Below the pieces are notes generated by a model. The model made no database searches and was not told the DNA's origin. It saw only the letters and a list, made by a program, of their open reading frames with translations. Made by a program: the position numbers and the translations under genes. Shown here one piece after another: positions 38,006 to 50,863 of a stretch of 64,000 nt of DNA (its first letter is position 1; every line of letters starts with the position of its first letter). The stretch comes from Albugo candida. Its lineage: Eukaryota. The DNA lies in the NCBI GenBank assembly GCA_040437565.1, contig JBDOQK010000067.1, positions 1 to 64,000 of the forward strand, written 5' to 3'.

Positions 38006-38745
38006 GCTTCGTATTAAGAATATTGGATAATGAGAATACGTTCAAGTTTCGATTACTTTGTGACACAATTACGACGGACAAAAAATCAAGTAATTGAATC
38101 ATAGATTGTAGTGTTGAGTGGAGCATTGTAACGACCCAACAAAATATATCCTCTTGTTATTCGTCATGATCCCTTCAAAAAGCCATTGAGATGAGTCACT
38201 GTTATCTCTTTGTTGAGGGAAATGTGTTACGAGGAGGCAATGAAACGTAAGGGTACAAAACGTTAATTGAGCGATCAAAGTTGCTTTTTGTAACCTTTTC
38301 TATAACTGCGCGTAAGTAGCCCGACTGGCAACCTTGAACGGTTTGATTGGTGATTACACGCCGGACACTTGGGACGCTAGTCACATAGTGAATAGCTCGT
38401 TTAACTTCACCCGGTCCAGATTCGTCAGGTATTGCGACCACTTTTTCTAGTGATGTAAATATTTACGCTAAGGTGTGGTGGCGGTTTGGTTGCTTTTGGC
38501 GCTAGCACTTTAGTACTGCACACTATATAGAGGATGTTCTACTGATCGTGTAACACTATTTGTGTACTGTCCTAAACATGAACTGAACGAAGTATTGTGC
38601 ATTTCCAATAAAAGAAAACAAGAGGGGAGGATGGGAGCGATGCTGCCTAAAACTCTGACGATCATAATCATTTATAAAGGCAATTTTATGATCGTATTCC
38701 TGGGCTTCTTTTCTTTCAAATCTCCGCGTTTCTACTTGACGTTAA

Positions 38746-39679
38746 TCAACTTTCTTTTCCTTTTCCTTTTCCTAAACTGAAAAAGTTCTTGGAAAATCTG
38801 GAATTCTTTTTTTTAGGCGTAATTGTACTGCTTTCAGCGAAGATTGGTGCCTTATTTGGTACGTTTTCGAGTGCATCGGGGGAGTCCTGTTGAACGTGTT
38901 CCTCGACCCGTAATGTAGGTGAACCAGGAGCAGGATGCCAGTTGAACCGGTATTGACCAAATTTTTTTGTACTAATGGAGCCACCACCATCAGGAACTTT
39001 TATACGACCGTTCGGAACGTGGGTATCTCGAGCAGAAGTCTCGGATTCCTCGTAACTACTCTGAAGTGTTGGCCAGCTATCAGCACCATACGAACTCACC
39101 CCCATTCGAGATATTTTCTATAGCCATAGAGTCCCTGCTCCCAGCTACTTTTACAGTACCTGCCGGAAATTTCGTACCTTGAGTAGAAGTCATGGAATTC
39201 TCGTTGCTGCTTCCTGCGTCTGCCGTAGCAAATGATACTTTTTTGCCGCCTTTCGTCGATCGAGACTTATCACCTCGAGATGAACCTTTCGAGGCATCTT
39301 CATTCGGAGGATTTGAAGCAAGCATTCGACGCTGCCTACCGGACAGTGGTCGTATTGGTTTCGATATCGATCCATTTTCACTTGAGGTCGCACGGAGGTT
39401 GTCGCTATCTCGTGGTTCCATGAAGTGCATCAATGATGAGAGATTTAGTCGATGTTGTTTGGTAATGGGATTGACATCTCTCTTATCTTTTCCTAACTTG
39501 TAGTTTGCGGTGGCATCCAAGTCCTTTTTCAGGGTTGCATGCTGCGTCTCCTCTATCTCATTCATACCAGCAGTATCTGCGTTCGTCGCAACCGAATGCG
39601 TATCACCAATTAGTGTGGTTGCTGACTCTACCGAAGTCGTAAGGAGACCACAAACTGCCACATGTATGAAGGCCACCAT
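38746..39679 (-). pseudogene. Candidate secreted effector with a frameshift near 39100; paralog of 47194-48106
   Basis: Signal MVAFIHVAVCGLLTTSVESA; NLRATSS; the downstream frame VPNKAPIFAESSTITPKKKNSRFSKNFFSLGK matches the paralog C-terminus. Removing one G from the G5 run joins the frames. Confidence 0.7.
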
Positions 39680-40435
39680 GGGAAATGATTCAGGCTGAAA
39701 ACTTCTGAGTTGACGCTTCCAATCAATCTGGCTTGTTCTTTGCAAAAGAAAGAGAGAGAAGATGAAGGCGAAGCAGTGATTGCACAGCACCAATCATTTG
39801 GCACTCTTATGGGTATTATAGACTATTCTGCGGGCAAAACTGGACGTACGCAAAGTAGCATGGGTGTAGGACCCTAACACAAGCGCATTGGTTCAATATT
39901 TCTAATGCAATCATGTTGCTCGTGTGGCTGGTGGGATATTTTTACAATCTAACAACATACTGTCACGTTAGCCCTCACGACTCAACCACGGGAGTCACGT
40001 GCAGACAACGAAGTGACGTGTGCAATGTATCACGCAGATCAAAGTACACGTAAACAAAGACCTTGGGAGAACATTCGCGATGAATAGGGTGATATATAGT
40101 TGCTTTTGGGAAAGTCGACTGTTGAGGTAACGATGCACGGATGAAACGATCATAGGAATTGTTTAACTGAACTGCCACACACTTTTTTGTAGGGAATAAA
40201 GTAGAACTTTCGAGTAACGTGTACTTGTAACACTGTATATTCGAAGGAAAACAGGACGAAACAGTAGAGCCGAGCGTATCAGCATACTCGGTTTTTTAAG
40301 GGTGGACACAATGCACTCCACAAACAGTGTTCATGATGAGCAACACTTAATTTTAATTTTACTTGTAGCAGCATAGTAGACCGTAATTGTACAGTTCATA
40401 GATGGGACAAGTGAGGAATAGCAAATGAAGTTGGT

Positions 40436-40726
40436 TTATTTTTTCAGTGGATTTTTGATGTTAAGATGAATACTTGGTGCGCGATCTAAACTTGCGTTGG
40501 CAGTTTCCTGGCATGTACGACAGGTAATAAAATTCCAACAAGACTTGAAGAAACCCAAAGATCAGGATGGTCCGTACACGGATCCAAGAGATCGTAGCAT
40601 AGGCTTGCCGGATATTTTGGCATCCAGTCCCTCGGCAGCTCCATGTGATGTTGTGGGGCACACACTAACTGAGCTCGATGTGAGAACCAACAGCACCATA
40701 CTTGTGGTTTGGAGTCCTAATCGCAT
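40436..40726 (-). pseudogene. Small secreted KPMLRSL-family member with premature TGA (40562-40564); absent from the ORF track
   Basis: MRLGLQTTSMVLLVLTSSSVSVCPTTSHGAAEGLDAKISGKPMLRSLGSVYGPS*SLGFFKSCWNFITCRTC...KK*; the stop sits at the family's conserved Arg. Confidence 0.65.
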
Positions 40727-41236
40727 CTTCTATTGTTTGGTTTTAGTTTTTGACGTCGTGTTGTGTTGTAGTCTTGTATCTGGAAAGCAAATTGGGAAAT
40801 GAAGAGATTTGGGAAAAGATCAAGTGGCCTGTAAAACTAGTGGCTCACAAGCAATCTCGTAAAGTGGGACAAAGCGGCAAAGTGGCAACATTTGACCAGG
40901 GTACACAGACCAAGACCAGAAGCAGATTGGTTCAAATTCCTCTATCCGTTGTGTGTAATCGTGTCCGTTGGAAAATTTTCGGCAAGGATTAGGATTGTAT
41001 CAGTGAATGCTTTATAGCGCGTTCAGGATAAATGACTATAGATGAGTGGCTTCACAATAGTCATGCTGCTCCCTTTCCTTTCCCAACGTATATTGCGTCT
41101 AGCAGATTTTAGTTCGGAATACATCATCTAAAGTCANNNNNNNNNNNNNNNNNNNNNNNNNNNNNNNNNNNNNNNNNNNNNNNNNNNNNNNNNNNNNNNN
41201 NNNNNNNNNNNNNNNNNNNNNNNNNNNNNNNNNNNN

Positions 41237-41399
41237 TCCTAATGTATCCAGTAATCCAAAGATCTTGATGGCTCGTGCGCGGTACAAGTGATGGTACCAT
41301 CAGCTTGCCAGATACTTTGTTGCCCTCTGCAACTGTATTTAATGGCTGTATCATAAGGTAGCCCGTGAGCGTTAGCAGCGTAAAAGCCACGACCATCAT
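41237..41399 (-). CDS. Divergent small secreted family member, truncated by gap
   Basis: MMVVAFTLLTLTGYLMIQPLNTVAEGNKVSGKLMVPSL...; near-identical DNA to 46017-46229. Confidence 0.45.
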
Positions 41400-42005
41400 A
41401 CACTTAGTTTCCACCCAACATAGTTACGTGTTGTCTGAATGAGTCAAATCGTATAAATGAAGCCCTCTTGTACGAGCCCGAGGGCCAGACAGACAACACG
41501 GCAAACAGTCAAACACCCAATTACATTGTAAAATAAAAACGAAACATTCGCCGGCATAGATTCCCCGCAGTGTCACATCGCTTGACCACCCTCGGTTCGG
41601 ATCGGAAGCTCATTGCTTTTCAGAAGAGAACCGCCTTGCTTATGCTCATCAGTGTATGATGACTTGACTCCGACAGACTGCACGTTCTCGTTTCTTGACG
41701 CTGACACTTTCGTCTATGAATGATCTGCACACAGAGCTCGCCACTATTTCTTAAGCGCGGTCGTCGCGCAACTCTGAATTGTGAAACCCAAGTGTATGCT
41801 TGTATTGCTTTTCCCGGGCTGTATAAGCGTTCCGACGTGACACATAAGCTGCTCATTGTAGTTGCAGAAGACGACAGGGCGAACTCCAACTTCAAGTGAC
41901 TCACTGCCGTGTGATCAAAACTTTATATCATACTTGATTTTGATAACGCTAATGAGGTGTCATTCAATCACGCCAAGTTCCCTCGTGAGAACCAAATAGG
42001 AAGAT

Positions 42006-43350
42006 ATGCTTCACTTCGCCTTTAGTGACTTTGATTCAACGCTTGTCCTCTTATCACATCTTTCATACTCCGACAATCTTACATTACATGTAATGTTCAT
42101 ATGTGACTTGAGTGGCATCCATCCTCAGCGCTGTAGCCGTAAGTGAAAGTATCAGTCGTGTAGGCTTCAAGCTTCATACTGAGACTGATGCAACGAAAGT
42201 ACAATTACTGTGTGACAACGTGGAAACACATTCTACAGCACACAAATGGATCAATAATTGGAATTAAATTGCTATGTTGACCGCTATATCTTGCTACCTG
42301 TTACATTCTTACGATGGGCACACTGCGCAGAAAGCAAGGTATAAGGACAAGTATCTATAAGAGTATCCTTGAGCTGATTAAGTCATCCAAACTGTTCACT
42401 GCATCATATTGCAATTCAATTACTAACCGGAGAAGGGTCGAAATAATCCTTGTTCGCTACATTTGGTGGCTCAAGGCCACCACACATAGGAGAAGAAACA
42501 TGGAAGTAGGACATAGCAAAGACTTCAATTCTGGAGTGATGGACTAGCAGCATCCCACATTTGCACATCCTTTGATAGAGCTAACATTGTGGGAAGTGCT
42601 GAAGATTGTTTTGCAAGAAAGGAACACAGGGCTTATGAAGAAAGCACTAGTCGATATATACACCGACAAAGAGTTCAACACATTGGATTTGGCTAAAGAA
42701 AACCTGCTTGGTCGACTGTATAATTAAGGCTCCCAGCCATTGCAGCGTACCGCTGGACGACTGGCCTCATCCGCTGAATTGAACCGATCAGAAGTGTGCG
42801 GCCGCTTTCTGGGGGAGTACGAAACAATCGAAGAGGCTTTTAACAAGCTTTTTGACGGCCCAAGCTTTCACGCATCGATTGAATACGCTTCCAAGCGAAG
42901 AAAAGTCGTCCTAAATCGGTGCGTTGCTCATCTTGCGATGGGTCTGTAGCAAAAGATTTGGAACGAATTTGCTCATCCATGGCTACATCACGACATCTTC
43001 AAAAAGGAGTCCAACCGAACTTTCATATCCTGTCAGCGGGATCTCGATTCCTGCTTCTAGAGCACATTCAGTCTATTATTATATTTTGCACTCTATCTTT
43101 GTGGAGTGCGATCCCACAGCACAATAAAGGCTGGAGCTACATTCTATTGAGATCCGTTTTCTCATTCCGAGCACGTTAGAAGCATAGTGCGTGTGCAATT
43201 GTGCCACCGATGCGGTCGGAATGGAAGGATTTCCATGAATTATATCCGAGTTGTGGCTTACATTGCTGGCGGTGACGCTGCGCTTCTTCTAGACCGATAC
43301 GAATCATCGTTTGCTCGATCCGTAGTAAGCAACTCCGACAGTTCAAATTG
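42006..43350 (+). pseudogene. Decayed Cys-containing gene, copy 1
   Basis: Same-strand ORF fragments homologous to 43527-45003 and 46219-46965, with stops at different positions. Confidence 0.55.
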
Positions 43351-43526
43351 TAGTGATTGCGAATTCAAATTGAAAGCCCGGAAGAATGCAAAGTGAGAAG
43401 CGGAACATGTTTTACGGTCATTGCAGNNNNNNNNNNNNNNNNNNNNNNNNNNNNNNNNNNNNNNNNNNNNNNNNNNNNNNNNNNNNNNNNNNNNNNNNNN
43501 NNNNNNNNNNNNNNNNNNNNNNNNNN

Positions 43527-45003
43527 GACTGATGCAACGAAAGTACAATTACTGTGTGACAACGTGGAAACACATTCTACAGCACACAAATGAATCAATA
43601 ATTGGAATTTAAACTGCTATGTTGACCGCTATGTCTTGCTACCTTTGCATTCTTACGATGGGCACACTGCGCAGAAAGCAAGGTATGAGGACAAGATTCT
43701 ATAAGAGTATCCTTGAGCTGATTAAGTCATCCAAACTGTTCACTGCATCATATTCCAATTTGATTACTAACCGGAGATGCGCCGAAAATCTTGTTTGCTA
43801 CAGTTGGTGACTCAAGGCCACCACACAAAGTAGAAGAAGCATGGAAATAGGACAAAGCAAAGACTTTAATTTTGGAGTGATGGAGTAGTAGCATCCCACA
43901 TTTGCATATCCTTTGATAGAGCTATTATTGTGCGAAGTGCTTCAGATTGTTTTGCAAGACAGTAACACATGGCTTACGAAGAAAGCACGAGTCGATATAT
44001 ACATACACCGACAAAGAGTTGAACACATGGGGTATCGCAGGAGAGAACTTGCTTGGTCGACTATATAATGAAGTCTCCCAGCTACTGCAGCGTACCGCTG
44101 GACGAATGACCTCATTAACTGAAGTGAACCAGAAGTGTGCGGCCGCTTTCTGAGAGAGTACGAAACAATCGAAGAGGCTTTTAACAAGCTTTTTGACGGC
44201 CCAAGCTTTCAAGCATCGATTGAATACGCTTCGAAGCGAAGAAAAGCCGTCCTAAACCGGTGCGTTGCTCATCTTGCATGTGTTCTGTAGCAAAAGATTT
44301 GGAACGGATTTGCTCATCCATGGCTACGTCACGACATCTTCAAAAAGGAGTCCAACCGAACTTTCATATCCTGTCAGCGGCATCTCGATTCCTGCTTCTA
44401 GAGCATATTCAGTCGATTATTATATTTTGCACTCTGCCTTTGTGGAGTGCGATCCCATAGCACAATTATGAGTGGAGCTACTTCCTATTGAGATCCGTTT
44501 TCTCACTCCGAGCACGTTAGAAGTATTGTGCGTGTGCAATCGTGCCATCGATACGGTCGAAATGGAAGGATTTTCATGGAGTATATCCGAGTTGTGGCTT
44601 ACATTGCTGGCGGTGACGTTTCACTTCGTCTAGACTGATAGGAATCGTCGTTTTCTCGATCCGTAGTGAGCAACTCCGACAGTTCCAGCACTTTTCGTGA
44701 TCTACACCACGTATAGTTCGCACGTTCGGCACTTTAGAAATCAGTTTTACGATCGAACCGGCAAGTATAAATGCAAGTGCAACTTCGATCCTAATCCTAG
44801 TTGGATGGCGATGTTCAGGCAAGTGTGGTAGACACCAATGTGGAAATAGAGCACGATCAGCGAGAAGACATATTACCATCTCTCACAGGTATTCACATGA
44901 AACGTATTTAGTATGTGTATTTATTATTTACGACAGTTCGGGTATCTAGAGAGGTCACTTGATCTCATCCTTGTATTGCACCGTCAAGTATCAGACCCAT
45001 TTT
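43527..45003 (+). pseudogene. Decayed Cys-containing gene, copy 2
   Basis: Colinear with 42183-43350; fragments SCYLCILTMG, CAKCFRLFCK, YETIEEAFNKLFDGPSF. Confidence 0.55.
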
Positions 45004-45868
45004 NNNNNNNNNNNNNNNNNNNNNNNNNNNNNNNNNNNNNNNNNNNNNNNNNNNNNNNNNNNNNNNNNNNNNNNNNNNNNNNNNNNNNNNNNNNNNNNNN
45101 NNNTATTATAACAGAAAATAACTCGAGTTGTGACAGCTCCATTACACGTGGGGTCTCAGGATACTGTGAGATACGACACCATTCAAGTGGAGCGATACTC
45201 CGAGTTTTAGTAATGCATTGCAGATCCCGGAATGTTCTGACTTTTATCTGTACCTTTTACAGACGTCCACCTCTAAAGTATGTTTATGAAACACCAAAGA
45301 ATGCTTTGGTATGTCACAAGTGGTGGAATCACGATGGCCTCGAAAACGGTGGAAAACATAACTGAAACACTCAACATCTTCGCGATGATATTGTTGTCCA
45401 CGGCCGTGTATTGGAAAGTGTATGCGCTTCTGTGTGCTCAGTACAAACCGCAAGAGCTCAATCCTGCCGTATATCCCATCTTGATCAATTGCTAGAGACA
45501 GACCTGGTAGCTGATGTCACTCTTCGGGCAATTGAGGATCAACGGTTGAAGCGATGTAATATCACATTCCGTGCTGTGTACTGAAGTAATTTCAGCGGAT
45601 GTTACAGACGACTTGGCTGTCCGTAATCGAACTTATCTAGTCACATCTGATATTCTATGAAAGACAGGTCTATATCCTGGTCTGACTTTTGGCATTCCCG
45701 AAAGTCGATTTTCAAAAATTAATCCTGACTTTTATGTGGCACATTGCGGGCCTCAATTATGTGGGCATTCAAGAGTAAGAAATGGGTAAGTGGCTGTAGT
45801 CATCGCCGAGTATTCATAAAAGAGTGATGCAATCCGTCTTCTTCGAATTGTGTTTATCACTTCTGGCT

Positions 45869-46180
45869 TTATTTCTTCCCATCAACGAAAAATTCTTGAA
45901 GCTCATTCAGATCTCTTGAGGAATCCTGTAAGGACCCAATGCTTCGTAACATACGCTTGGTAGATATGCTATCTTCTGACCCCACTCCAGCGGCGAGCGA
46001 GGTCATTAAGCAACCTCCTAATGTATCCCAGAATCCAAAGATCTTGATGGCTCGTGCGCGGTTCAAATGATCGTACCATCGGCTTGCCAGATACTTTGTT
46101 GCCCTCTGCAACTGTATTTAATGGCTGTATCATAAGGTAGACCGTGAGCATCAGCAGTGAAAAGCCACGACCATCATACA
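45869..46180 (-). pseudogene. Two head-to-tail small secreted family modules (first one frameshifted)
   Basis: ..LMIQPLNTVAEGNKVSGKPMVRSF.. followed in another frame by GGCLMTSLAAGVGSEDSISTKRMLRSIGSLQDSSRDLNELQEFFVDGKK*. Confidence 0.6.
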
Positions 46181-46218
46181 CTTGATTTCCACTCAACATA
46201 GTTACGTGTTGTCTGAAT

Positions 46219-46965
46219 GAGTCCAATCGAACTTTCAAATCCTGTCAGCGGGATCTCGATTGCTGCTTCTAGAGCATATTCAGTCTATAATTATATTCCG
46301 CACTCTTCCTTTGTGGAGTGCGATCCCACAGCACAATTATGGCTGGAGCTACTTTCTATTTAGATCCGCTTTCCAATTCCGAGCACGTTATGAGCATAGT
46401 GCGTGTGCAATGGTGTCAACGATACGGTCGGAATGAAAGGGTTTTCATGAATTATATCCGAGATGTGCCTTACATTGCTGGCGGTGACGCTGCACTTCTT
46501 TTAGACCGATACGAATCATCGTTTGCTCGATCCGTAGTAAGTAATTCTGACAGTTCCAGCATTTTACGTGATCTAGACCACGTTTAGTGCGCACGTTCGG
46601 TACTTTAGAAGACAGTTTTACTATCAAGGTGGCCGAATCAAGTTTTAATGGTACTGGATCAACTCGCAACGCAATCATTGCCGTGGATACGGAACTTGCA
46701 AGTAGAAATGCAAGTGCAACTTCGATCCTAATCCTAGTTGGATGGCGATGTTCAGGCAAGTGTGGTTGACACCAATGTGGAAATACAGCACGATCAGCGA
46801 GAAGACATATTACCATCTCTCACAGATATTCACATGAAACGTATTTTGTACGTATTTTGTATGTATAATTATTATTTGCGACAGTTCAGGTATCTGGAGA
46901 CGTCACTTGATCTCATCCTCGTATTGCACCGTCAAGTATGCGACCCATTTTCTCTTTCATTCTAG
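46219..46965 (+). pseudogene. Decayed Cys-containing gene, copy 3 (3' part only)
   Basis: Matches 43007-43350 and 44348-45003; YIAGGDAALLLDRYESSFARSVVSNSDSS is shared. Confidence 0.55.
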
Positions 46966-47193
46966 TGATGTAATTATCACACTGCGGTCTGATCGTGGCT
47001 TGGTGTGAACAAGCCAACACCACTTCAGTAAGATAAAGACTTTTAAATAGGGTGTTCAAAGTGTCGACACACGGAAGTGCACACTACGTACTACGTTTCG
47101 TAAACATGGATTGAAGAAAGTATAGTGCATTTAAATTGGAGATAACTCAAAGATAAGAAATGACGAGAGCGATGCTGCCTGTAAATATGATGA

Positions 47194-48106
47194 TCAAGGT
47201 TCTTCTTTTTCCGGCCGTTGGTATCCAACATTGGAATAAAGCGATCCCAGAGCAGCCTTGGCTTTTTTCAGATTGTTCGCGTTTCCATCTTGACGCGAAT
47301 CCACTTCATGCGTCTTTCTTTTTCCAAAACTCCAAAATTTCTTAAAAAAGCGGGGTTTCTTTTCTTGGGGCCGTATTGTAGTGCTTTCAGCGATACGTAG
47401 TGTCTTATTTGGTACGTCTTTAAATGCAGTGGAGGGGTTCTGATTAGGCTTTTTCAAAGGTAGTATTGGCCAAGCAGCAGTAAAAAGCGACTTTGATTTA
47501 AATCGATCAGCTTGTGCCAGACTAATNNNNNNNNNNNNNNNNNNNNNNNNNNNNNNNNNNNNNNNNNNNNNNNNNNNNNNNNNNNNNNNNNNNNNNNNNN
47601 NNNNNNNNNNNNNNNNNNNNNNNNNNGACTGTTTTGCGCTCCTGCTTCGGGCTATCATTCACTTTAGCCTTACCACGTCCAGATAATGAAGAATCTGAGA
47701 CTCTGAGCTCTGCGTGTGAATCATCGTTATTCGGAGTATTTGTAGTAGAAATACGATTATATTTAGGGGTGAGCAGTCGTGTTGGATTCGATATTGATCC
47801 ATTTCGACTTGAGGTCGCACGGAGATTGCCCCTACCTTGTGTTTCAATGTCATGAATAAATGACCGTGATCCAGTCGTTGTTGTTTGGAGATCGAATCGA
47901 ACATCTCGCTGACTTTTTCTCGACATGTATAGCGGCGTAGCATCAAAGTTCTTATCCAAAGTTGCATGCTGCGTCTCCTTTATCTCACTCCTACCATCAG
48001 TATCTGCGTTTGTCGTAAACGAATGCGTGTCACCAATTAGTGTGGTCGCTGACTCTACCGAAGTCGTAAGGACGCCACAAACTACCACATGTATAAAAGC
48101 CACCAT
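47194..48106 (-). CDS. Candidate secreted effector spanning a gap; paralog of 38746-39679
   Basis: Signal MVAFIHVVVCGVLTTSVESA; GNLRATSSRNGSISNPTRLL; C-terminus KKPRFFKKFWSFGKRK; open on both sides of gap 47527-47626. Confidence 0.75.
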
Positions 48107-49473
48107 GAAAATGATCCAGACTGAAACTTTCCGGCTAACGCTAGCAATTTGATCTGTTTTGTTCTGGGAAGAAGAACGCGAATCACCTTACACTAATATC
48201 GGTAATTTAGAATATTTTGCAGACAACTGTCGAGTGCACAGAGTAGCATCGGTGTAGGGTCGTAATCCAATCACATGGGTTCAATAACCCTGCAGCAATC
48301 ATTCTGGTCGTATCGGTAGTGAGATATTCTTACAAACTAACAACTTATTCTCACATTATTCCTCAGGACTCAACGACGAGAAGCACTTGCAGGAATCAAA
48401 GTGATGTGTGCAACGTATCACGCAGGGGAAAAACACGTCATCATGGAGTTCGGAATGACATGACTGTTTCCATTGGTTATTAGTTTTTACCTGATTGCCT
48501 TTTTCCCAAGGAAGTCAACTTTTGAGGTACAGAAACTACTTGCTCACAAGCGATGTCGTGCAGCGGGTGAAGCGGCAATGTGGCAACATCTGACATGGGT
48601 ACACAAAACACAAACTGGTCAAATTTTCTCCGATCGGTTGTGTGTGATTATGTAACATCCAATGTACACAAAAGAAGAACAGAAGCAGATTGTTCGAATT
48701 CTCCTTTCCGTTCTGTGTAATCATGCCCCTTGGAAAATTCTTGGCGGAGACTAGGATTGTATCAGGGAATGCTCTACACGTAACAAGTGCGTTTAGGATA
48801 AATGAGTAGAGATATGTGCTTCAAAGTAGTCGGAGTGCTACCTTTCATTGCGCCTTGCAAATTCTATCCCAGAATACATTTACCACATTTCATGAAGTTC
48901 ATTTCGCTGCCTATTGCTTAGCAAAAGCCTCTCTTCCATTTGTTGCTATCGCTGGCTATTACGTACTTGCACAAGGTGATCCTGATAGCGTCTTAGTGTG
49001 GTGGATATCATTCGGGGGACACGGTGCTCTTGGACTTTATATTATTACAAGGGGATACAGACTCCTATATTGGGACGAGGCAACCCCAATAAAGCGCTGT
49101 CATCTGCAGCACATATCCTCAACTTAAGCGGACGCCTCCATCAATCGTTGTTGTCTGTATAATCATTATTTATGATAGCCAAACGCCGTCAAGTAAGTCA
49201 GTCGTCATATACTCTTATTATGAGCGTTTTAATGGCGGCATCAAGTCCGTAGTATCGGACTCTAGCTTTCTAGCTTTCGCTTACGCCTGACTAGTAAGTC
49301 ATTTAATAAATTTATAAACTTCAGGAAATAATGTACATACGCTTCGTTGTTCGCAGAATCTAATATCATATTCGGTATCACTGAATCATTATAACGCCTG
49401 GAATCATTGTTGGTACAAGTGAGAACAACAATAGAAAAAATTTATTATAATGAATTATAGTATCCGTGTTCTC

Positions 49474-49713
49474 CTACTTGTGTTTGTCATTTTCAGCGTT
49501 ATTACTTCCAATTAATGAAAAATCTTGAAGCTCATCCACATCCCTTGAGTTGTCGTGTAACAATCTAAGATTTCGCAACAGTGGCTTAGCAGAGATGCTA
49601 CCATCTGACATGACTGCAGCGTTGAGCGAGTTCGAAAAGAAGCCGCAAAGCATCATCAGTATGAGCCCAGCCATAGCCATGAATTTGGGTCCGAGGTGCA
49701 AGTCCAATACCAT
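49474..49713 (-). CDS. Small secreted RxLR-like protein, 79 aa (RNLR...DVDE)
   Basis: MVLDLHLGPKFMAMAGLILMMLCGFFSNSLNAAVMSDGSISAKPLLRNLRLLHDNSRDVDELQDF... Confidence 0.7.
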   Translation of the reverse strand: MVLDLHLGPKFMAMAGLILMMLCGFFSNSLNAAVMSDGSISAKPLLRNLRLLHDNSRDVDELQDFSLIGSNNAENDKHK

Positions 49714-50638
49714 TTTGTGTATGTTGTCGTAAAGTGCACTTGTATTCGCAAAGTAAAAAGTAGAATGAAGATAGTGTAAGAAATGAAGGACAGAAGACAC
49801 GTAATGGTCTCTCAATGTTCAAGATTATTTTGCGTTTCGAAGTGCCAGCATATCGATGAAGGTACACTAGAAAACACACGTGTATTCCGGATCAATCCAA
49901 ACTCCAGTCACTATAAACATACATCATTTTCTACCCTTTGATTATCAGATTGAACCCTCCTTTTTCCTGTGACTCACCGTTTTGTTTGCTGTCGCACTAT
50001 AAGCCTATACATTCTCATATTGTGAACCGCATAAATTCGCTTCCGATTGACAACGTGAAAACTTGGCTACGAATTCTATAGAGTAACTCTGATGGTGCAA
50101 CTGCTAATTCTCAAGTTTTACTCGCCGCCTTGTGGTTAAAACGTCATGAGCATCTCTAATCGTGGTCACACGTATCTGCTCACTGACGGGCTCTTTTCGC
50201 TCGTTTGGCTGGAAAAGGAGGATGTTGCACCAGAGCTTCGATGTTTCCTGTTGACGCTGATCCTCTGCAATGTGATTTTATGCTTGGCACTCTTAAGGGC
50301 CTGCAATGCCCGTATGCGACCTATGTGGCATCCATGCCCAGCGATATGCTCGCTTCATGCTTGAGACTGAGTGTAATAATGCCAGAAACGAAGTACTAAG
50401 AGACTACGTGGGCGCGAGTTCATGACGCACAAAAGCTTTGAACTTCGGTAAGCGATCTGATCGCAAGTATTTTGAGACGACGCTTTATCACATGAAGTGA
50501 TGCAAAACGTATGCTGTATCTCTAATGGGAGTCGCTCTGAGATAATTTGAATTAACCGCGTGTTAGATAGATCGAGTACAAGTGAGATGTATATTGTACG
50601 GTAGCTATATACCGAATAATGCTATCAGTTTTCTCATA

Positions 50639-50863
50639 CTACGGGTGACGTTTTTTCTCTTTTATTCCAAACCTGGTAGACCAGTTCAGATTTCTTGGTG
50701 GATCCGGTAACGATCCAAGGCTTCGTAACATTGGCTTGGAAGAGATGCTATCACTTGATCCCACTGCAGCGTCGAGCAAGGTCAGGGAGCAGCCGCATAG
50801 CATCGTCAGTAGGAAACCCACCATAGACATGAATTTGAGTCGGAAACGCAATTTCAATCCCAT
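50639..50863 (-). CDS. Small secreted family protein, 74 aa (RSLG variant)
   Basis: MGLKLRFRLKFMSMVGFLLTMLCGCSLTLLDAAVGSSDSISSKPMLRSLGSLPDPPRNLNWSTRFGIKEKKRHP. Confidence 0.7.
   Translation of the reverse strand: MGLKLRFRLKFMSMVGFLLTMLCGCSLTLLDAAVGSSDSISSKPMLRSLGSLPDPPRNLNWSTRFGIKEKKRHP

Larger units (their letters stand above)
38560..41090. repeat. Segmental duplication paralogous to about 47080-48870
   Basis: Shared gene plus flanks (gagcgatgctgcct; ggcaacat.tgac..gggtacaca; ggattgtatcag.gaatgct). About 40200-40860 has no counterpart in the other copy. Confidence 0.8.
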
